This document shows positions 42,145 to 46,827 of a stretch of DNA of 46,827 nt, in pieces. The notes beneath the pieces are model-generated. The model was not told the DNA's origin. It did not search any database and worked only from the letters and a program-made list of their open reading frames with translations. This DNA is from Candidatus Methylomirabilia bacterium (GTDB lineage Bacteria > Methylomirabilota > Methylomirabilia > Rokubacteriales > CSP1-6): positions 1-46,827 of the forward strand of contig JBGPXN010000013.1 of NCBI GenBank assembly GCA_041492755.1. Reading direction: 5' to 3'. Position 1 is the stretch's first letter, and the number at the start of each line of letters is the position of its first letter. The position numbers and the translations under genes are program-made.

Positions 42145-43053
42145 TCACCGGAACGCCTCCGGGTGAATCGCCCGCGCGAGCTGATCGAGGCCGTCGACGA
42201 CCCGGGGCCCGTACCGGTGCAGGATGCCGCCGTCGACCGAATGCAGCCGGCCGGTGCGCACCGCGGGCAGGCTCTTGAGCCGGTCCCATTGGTGACGCTG
42301 CTGCATGCCCGTGCCCGAGCCGTGGTCGGCGAGAATGATGACCTCGGGTGCGCGCGCCACCGCCGCCTCGATGCTGAAGCGCGGGTAGTCGCCGGATTGC
42401 GCCGACGTGATGCTGTCGCCACCCGCGAGCCCGATCAGCTCGGTGATGAGCGACGCGCGCGCCGGGACGATCAGCGGATCGGGCCAGAGCACGTACAGCA
42501 CGCGCGGACGTCGCAGGCTCTTCACCGCGGTGCTGACGGCGTGGATACGCTGCGAAAGCCGCGCGGCGAGGGGCGCCACCGCATCGGCGCGGCCGGTCAG
42601 ATGCCCGAGCCGGCCGACGGCGTCCAGCATCTCACCGACGTTGCCGGCGTGGACCAGGTAGACCGGGATGCCGAGGCGGCGGATCTGGTCGAACGTCTCG
42701 TACCGGTTGCCCTCGCGGGTGCCGATGACGAGGTCCGGCGTGAGGGTGGTGATGACCTCGAGATTCGGCGCGATCATCCCGCCGACGCTGCGCTTTTGCC
42801 GGGCCGCCGGCGGGAAGTCGCAAAAGTCGGTGACGCCGACCAGGCGCTCTTCGCCACCGAGGGCGAAGATGATCTCGGTCGCGCTCGGCACGAGCGAGAT
42901 GATCCGCTGCGGCGGCGCCGCCAGCGTGACCACGCGTCCAGTCATGTCGGTGAGCGTGAGCGCCAACCCTGGCCGCGGCAGCGCGGCGACGAGGAGCGCG
43001 AAGAAGACGACGCACGCTCCGAGTCTCGCCCGCGGTGGGCCGGCCGCTAGCAT
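42145..43053 (-). CDS. btuF: Cobalamin-binding periplasmic protein
   Basis: Signal peptide, PQRIISLVPSATEI..ALG, VGVT.FCDFP, PDLVI, LHRYGPR; ATG 43053. Confidence 0.88.
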   Translation of the reverse strand: MLAAGPPRARLGACVVFFALLVAALPRPGLALTLTDMTGRVVTLAAPPQRIISLVPSATEIIFALGGEERLVGVTDFCDFPPAARQKRSVGGMIAPNLEVITTLTPDLVIGTREGNRYETFDQIRRLGIPVYLVHAGNVGEMLDAVGRLGHLTGRADAVAPLAARLSQRIHAVSTAVKSLRRPRVLYVLWPDPLIVPARASLITELIGLAGGDSITSAQSGDYPRFSIEAAVARAPEVIILADHGSGTGMQQRHQWDRLKSLPAVRTGRLHSVDGGILHRYGPRVVDGLDQLARAIHPEAFR

Positions 43054-44417
43054 GCCGCTGCCCCGCGTGCCCGCGCGCACGACTCCACGAAGGCGGGCGC
43101 GAGCCCCGGCGCGGAGCCGAAGTGCAGATGCACGTAGCTCATGAGGGCCGAGCCGACGCGGTAGCCCTCGCTTTGCTCGGCGCCGGCGCGGCCGACCATC
43201 TGGTACACGCGGTTCACGTGCGCAGGAACCGGATCGATGGTGGAGGCGTGGAACTCGTGGCCACGCGCGATCGTCCCCGCCATCCCGAGCGCGCTGTCCG
43301 CGATCAGGCGAACCTCCGTGTACCCGAGCGCGAGGCGACCGGGGCGCATGCGCACGGTCGTCGGCAAGACGCCCGCCATCGAATGGGTAACGCCGTCCGC
43401 GTCCTCGAGCGCCTGCGCGAGGTACATGAGCCCGCCGCACTCGGCGTAGATCGGCCGGCCGGACGCCGCAAAGTCCGCGATCGCGCCCAGCATCGGTACG
43501 TTCTTCGCGAGACGGGCCGCGTGCAGCTCCGGATAGCCGCCGCCGAGATAGAGACCGTCGACCTCGGGCAGATGGCCGGCCGCGAGCGGGCTGAACTCCA
43601 CGAGCGCCGCGCCGGCGCTGCAAAGGCGCTCGAGGTTTTCCGGATAGTAGAACTGGAACGCGACGTCGCGCGCGACACCGACACGCGCGCGGGGCGCCGG
43701 TAGTCCTTCCGGCGCCCGCCGCGGAACGACGAGTGGCGCCGCGAGCTCGAGCAGGCGATCGAGATCGATGCCACGCTCGATCGCGGAGACGAGCCGTTGC
43801 CGCCATTCGCCGGTGAGCACGCCCTCGACCGCGGTCACCAGCCCCAGATGCCGTTCGGGCAACGCGAGCATCTCGTCGCGGACGAGCGCGCCGACGGGCA
43901 CCGCGCGACACGCCGACCGAATCGCTTCGGCGACCCAGCCCCCGTGGCCCGCGCTGCCGACACGATTGGCGATCACGGCCGCCACCCGCAGCTCCGGATC
44001 GAAGCGTTCGAAGCCGTGGACGACGGCCGCCGCGCTGCGCGACTGGGCGCTGGCGTCGATCACGAGCAGGACGGGCGCCCCGAGCCACTTGGCCATCTCC
44101 GCCGTGGAGCCGGCATCGCCGGTGGCGTCGGCGCCATCGAAGCACCCCATGACGCCCTCGACGATGGCGAGGTCGCAATCCGCGGCGTACCGGCCGATCG
44201 TGGCCAGCGCATGCTCGCGCCCGCACATCCAGCCGTCGAGGGTGTACGACGGCCGGCCCGTGACGAGCGTGTGGAATCCGGGGTCGATGAAGTCCGGCCC
44301 GACCTTGAAGGCCTGCACGACGAGCCCACGTCGGCGGTACGCCTCCAGCAGTCCGACCGTGAGCGTCGTCTTGCCCACTCCGCTCGCGGTGCCGGCAACG
44401 ACGACGATCCGGCTCAC
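43047..44417 (-). CDS. cbiA: Cobyrinate a,c-diamide synthase CbiA (CobB)
   Basis: SGVGKTT, FKVGPDFIDP, EGVMG.FDG, ERHLGL, AF.FYY, GGGYPE, AECGG.MYL, GHEFH. Confidence 0.95.
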   Translation of the reverse strand: MSRIVVVAGTASGVGKTTLTVGLLEAYRRRGLVVQAFKVGPDFIDPGFHTLVTGRPSYTLDGWMCGREHALATIGRYAADCDLAIVEGVMGCFDGADATGDAGSTAEMAKWLGAPVLLVIDASAQSRSAAAVVHGFERFDPELRVAAVIANRVGSAGHGGWVAEAIRSACRAVPVGALVRDEMLALPERHLGLVTAVEGVLTGEWRQRLVSAIERGIDLDRLLELAAPLVVPRRAPEGLPAPRARVGVARDVAFQFYYPENLERLCSAGAALVEFSPLAAGHLPEVDGLYLGGGYPELHAARLAKNVPMLGAIADFAASGRPIYAECGGLMYLAQALEDADGVTHSMAGVLPTTVRMRPGRLALGYTEVRLIADSALGMAGTIARGHEFHASTIDPVPAHVNRVYQMVGRAGAEQSEGYRVGSALMSYVHLHFGSAPGLAPAFVESCARARGAAAC

Positions 44418-45487
44418 GCGCTCGGCTCCCTCGGGCCGTCCACGCCCGCCGACTTGAACGTCGCCATTTCACCGTAGATCCGGGCCGCGGCCCGGGCCAG
44501 GTGGACGAACAGCGCCGCGCCCGTGCCTTCGCCAAGCCGGAGCCCGAGATCCAGGTATGGCGTGAGGCGCATGTGACGAAGGGCGACGTCGTGGCCGGGC
44601 TCGGCAGACCGGTGCGACGCGAAGACCGCCGCGTGGGCCGCCGGCGCCAGACCAAGCGCCACGAGCCCGGCGGCGCCGGAGATGAACCCATCGAGGGCGA
44701 CCGGCACGCGCCGCGCGGCCGCGGCGAGCACGACGCCGACCAGGCCCGCGATCTCGAACCCGCCCACGCGGGCGAGCACGCCGAGCGCATCGCTCGGATC
44801 CGGCGCGTTGATCGCAAGCGCCCGGCGGACGGTGTCGACCTTGTGTCGCCACGTCGCGTCGTCCACGCCGGTACCGCGTCCCGTGACCGCCTCGGCCGGG
44901 GCGCCCGTCATGGCCGCGGTGATGGCGCTCGCCGCCGTCGTGTTGCCGATCCCCATCTCGCCGGTGGCCAGCAGATCGGCGCCCTCGTCGATCGCCCTGA
45001 GGGCCAGACGGGCGCCGGCCTCGATCCCCTGCATCGCCTGCTCGACGGTCATCGCGGGACCACGCGCCATGTTCGCCGTGCCGGCGCCGAGCGGGCAGCG
45101 GACGAGATCGGCCGTCGCCGCGACCGGGCTGGCGATGCCGAAATCGGCCACGACGACGCGGGCGCCGGCCTGACGGGCGAGCACGTTGATGGCCGCGCCC
45201 GCGCGCAGGAAGTTCTCCACCATCTGCGCGGTCACGACCTGCGGATACGCGCTGACCCCCTCGGCGACGACGCCGTGATCGGCGGCGAACGTGAACACCA
45301 CCGGCCGCTCGATTCGCGGCGCCCGTCCGCTGAGCGCGGCCAGGCGCGCGGCCAGGTCTTCGAGCCGCCCCAGGCTGCCCGGCGGCTTCGTCAGCGTGTC
45401 GAGGTGCCGGCGCGCCACCGCCTCCGCGTCCGCGAGGGGCGCGACGATCGACTCCACCAGCGTGCGGAGCTCAACCCGTCTGGACAC
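44414..45487 (-). CDS. cobT: Nicotinate-nucleotide--DMB phosphoribosyltransferase
   Basis: LTKPPGSLGRLE, ADHGV...GVSAYP, GEMGIGNTT, GGFEI, DGFI, RLGEGTGA. Confidence 0.97.
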   Translation of the reverse strand: MSRRVELRTLVESIVAPLADAEAVARRHLDTLTKPPGSLGRLEDLAARLAALSGRAPRIERPVVFTFAADHGVVAEGVSAYPQVVTAQMVENFLRAGAAINVLARQAGARVVVADFGIASPVAATADLVRCPLGAGTANMARGPAMTVEQAMQGIEAGARLALRAIDEGADLLATGEMGIGNTTAASAITAAMTGAPAEAVTGRGTGVDDATWRHKVDTVRRALAINAPDPSDALGVLARVGGFEIAGLVGVVLAAAARRVPVALDGFISGAAGLVALGLAPAAHAAVFASHRSAEPGHDVALRHMRLTPYLDLGLRLGEGTGAALFVHLARAAARIYGEMATFKSAGVDGPREPSA

Positions 45488-46025
45488 CGACGTCCCCTTC
45501 CACCCGCGGCGCCTTCACGACGACCGGAATGCCGGCGACCATGAGCGTGACCCGGTCGCACGCGGCGGCGACGCGCTGATTGACGAGGCCGAGGAGGTCA
45601 CGGAACCGCAGGCCGTCGGTCGTCGGCGGGTGCACGCCTTCGCCGACTTCGTTGGAGACCAGCGTGAGCGCGCACCGCCGCTCGGCCACGACGCGGGCAA
45701 GCTCGTCAGCCCCGCTCAGGATCGCGGCATCGGGATCGCCGCGCAGCAAGCGGTTGGCGACCCACACGGTGAGGCAATCGAGCACGATGGTGTCCACGCG
45801 GCCGGCCAGCTCGCGCAGCCGGGCGACGACGTCGTAGGGCTCCTCGACGGTCAGCCAGTGGCGCGGGCGATCGGCCCGATGACGCGCGATCCGGTGGGCC
45901 ATGTCGCCATCGCCGGCTTGCGCGGTGGCGACGAAGGCGACCCGCGCGTCGGCGGCGTGACGGTTGACGACGAAGCGACTCTTGCCGCTCCGGGCCCCAC
46001 CGAGAACAAGATGCGACACGACCAA
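45471..46025 (-). CDS. cobU: Adenosylcobinamide kinase / cobinamide-phosphate guanylyltransferase
   Basis: GGARSGKS, RI..H...RP..W.T.E, DCLT.W, VSNEVG.G, FRD.LG.VNQ. Confidence 0.96.
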   Translation of the reverse strand: MVVSHLVLGGARSGKSRFVVNRHAADARVAFVATAQAGDGDMAHRIARHRADRPRHWLTVEEPYDVVARLRELAGRVDTIVLDCLTVWVANRLLRGDPDAAILSGADELARVVAERRCALTLVSNEVGEGVHPPTTDGLRFRDLLGLVNQRVAAACDRVTLMVAGIPVVVKAPRVEGDVGVQTG

Positions 46026-46062
46026 ATCCCGGGTCCTCCCTCGAAGACCGGTTCGATGGTGC

Positions 46063-46218
46063 GCGCTCGGGGCAGGTCTCCTGGCTCTCGGATCGTCCTA
46101 CTCCCCGCGCCTTCCCGACCCTGCGGCCAGTGGCATCCTGCGGGTTTCGTCCCCGATTACAGTGACGGGGTCGCGGCGGACTCGCACCGCCTTCCCTGGG
46201 GTCGGTCACCCCGGGCGC
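46063..46218 (-). ncRNA. Cobalamin riboswitch at the operon leader
   Basis: CAGGGAAGGCGGTGCGAGTCCGCC...CCCCGTCACTGT...GCCACTG...GGGAAGGC...GAGCCAGGAGACCTGCC. Confidence 0.93.
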
Positions 46219-46231
46219 CAACAACGGCGGA

Positions 46232-46260
46232 ACCCTAACAGACGGCGCGACCGGTCGCAA
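46232..46260 (-). promoter_or_regulatory. sigma70-type promoter of the cobalamin operon
   Basis: Minus strand TTGCGA, 17-bp spacer, TAGGGT, immediately 5' of the riboswitch. Confidence 0.6.
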
Positions 46261-46312
46261 CCACATCGCACGAAGCGGGGCACGAGCGCGCGGCATCGCG
46301 CGCGCGCACGCT

Positions 46313-46625
46313 CGGGCGCCGCGGAGCGGGGTGATCGTTGGGCGCAACGTGGCGCCCGGTCAGGTGGTGGCGTACGGGGAGTCGGACACGCGGTCAATCT
46401 GTTTGTCATCGCGGACCTCGGCACCATGTGGACGCCAAGGCCAGGGACATCAGGAACGTTCAGAAAAACATTCGCGGTGTCGTCGACCTCGAGTCGTTCA
46501 TCACCTTCGAGGTGGCGCGCATCGTGGTGGGCGGGCTGATCTCGTCGACGGCCCTCACCTTGCTCGTCCTGCCGGCTGTCCACACCCTCCAGGCCCGACG
46601 CTCGGCGACCGACGCGATGTCCTGA
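46313..46625 (+). pseudogene. Collapsed relic of a heavy-metal RND efflux operon (CzcB/CusB plus CzcA/CusA fragments)
   Basis: RAPRSGVIVGRNVAPGQVV and (frameshifted) VNLFVIADLGTMW match a membrane fusion protein; KARDIRNV.KNIRGVVDL and VVGGLISSTALTLLVLPAV match RND internal and final-TM segments. Confidence 0.7.
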
Positions 46626-46827
46626 TACGCGACGGTGCGGCGCGCCGGGCCAGCCTGGATTATTCGTGAGCGCGCACACCGCGATCGACCGGGGGGCACG
46701 GCCGGAGATGGGGGGATGGGGTCCGCGTGACCCATGTCCCGCCACGCGAGACGACGACGTCGCCGGGTGGAATGGGAACGGCTCCCCGATGATCGGTACG
46801 CCGTCGGCTGTGGTCAGAGGACCCCGG

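Noticed and set aside
46691..46721. G-rich runs as a G-quadruplex, and ORFs at the right edge
   Set aside because: Only three G runs with irregular loops; the edge ORFs show no recognisable motifs

Overview
Very GC-rich bacterial chromosome segment. Gene content and style suggest a diderm, possibly Candidatus Rokubacteria/Methylomirabilota (inference only). Left to right: (1) tRNA-Val(CAC) divergent from a lower-GC three-gene BrnT toxin / antitoxin-like / DUF6941-like module; (2) a PAS-GAF hybrid histidine kinase, a 17-bp tandem repeat, a GT28 glycolipid synthase and a NodB deacetylase; (3) a ~14-kb, mostly translationally coupled minus-strand lipid/type II PKS-like cluster (Cys-His-Asp lipoprotein, LpxL-like acyltransferase, two KS plus two Cys-less KS, ACP, GT2, flavin halogenase-like enzyme, MacB-type ABC, EamA, ArnT, HpnJ); (4) an atypical pyrD, a DnaA-box-like cluster and a small basic orphan gene; (5) housekeeping genes argS-SPOR-hpt-ftsH-folP-cdaA-cdaR-glmM-acpS-lipoprotein-nnr-tsaE-radC; (6) a cobamide uptake/salvage operon (cobU cobT cbiA btuFCD btuB cbiZ tonB cobQ cbiB) with two cobalamin riboswitches; (7) a collapsed czcBA/cusBA-like relic. 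The best candidates for novelty are the lipid cluster, the three-gene TA module, and repeated micro-ORF RTGA relays that bridge intergenic gaps. All calls come from motif recognition by eye; no searches were run.
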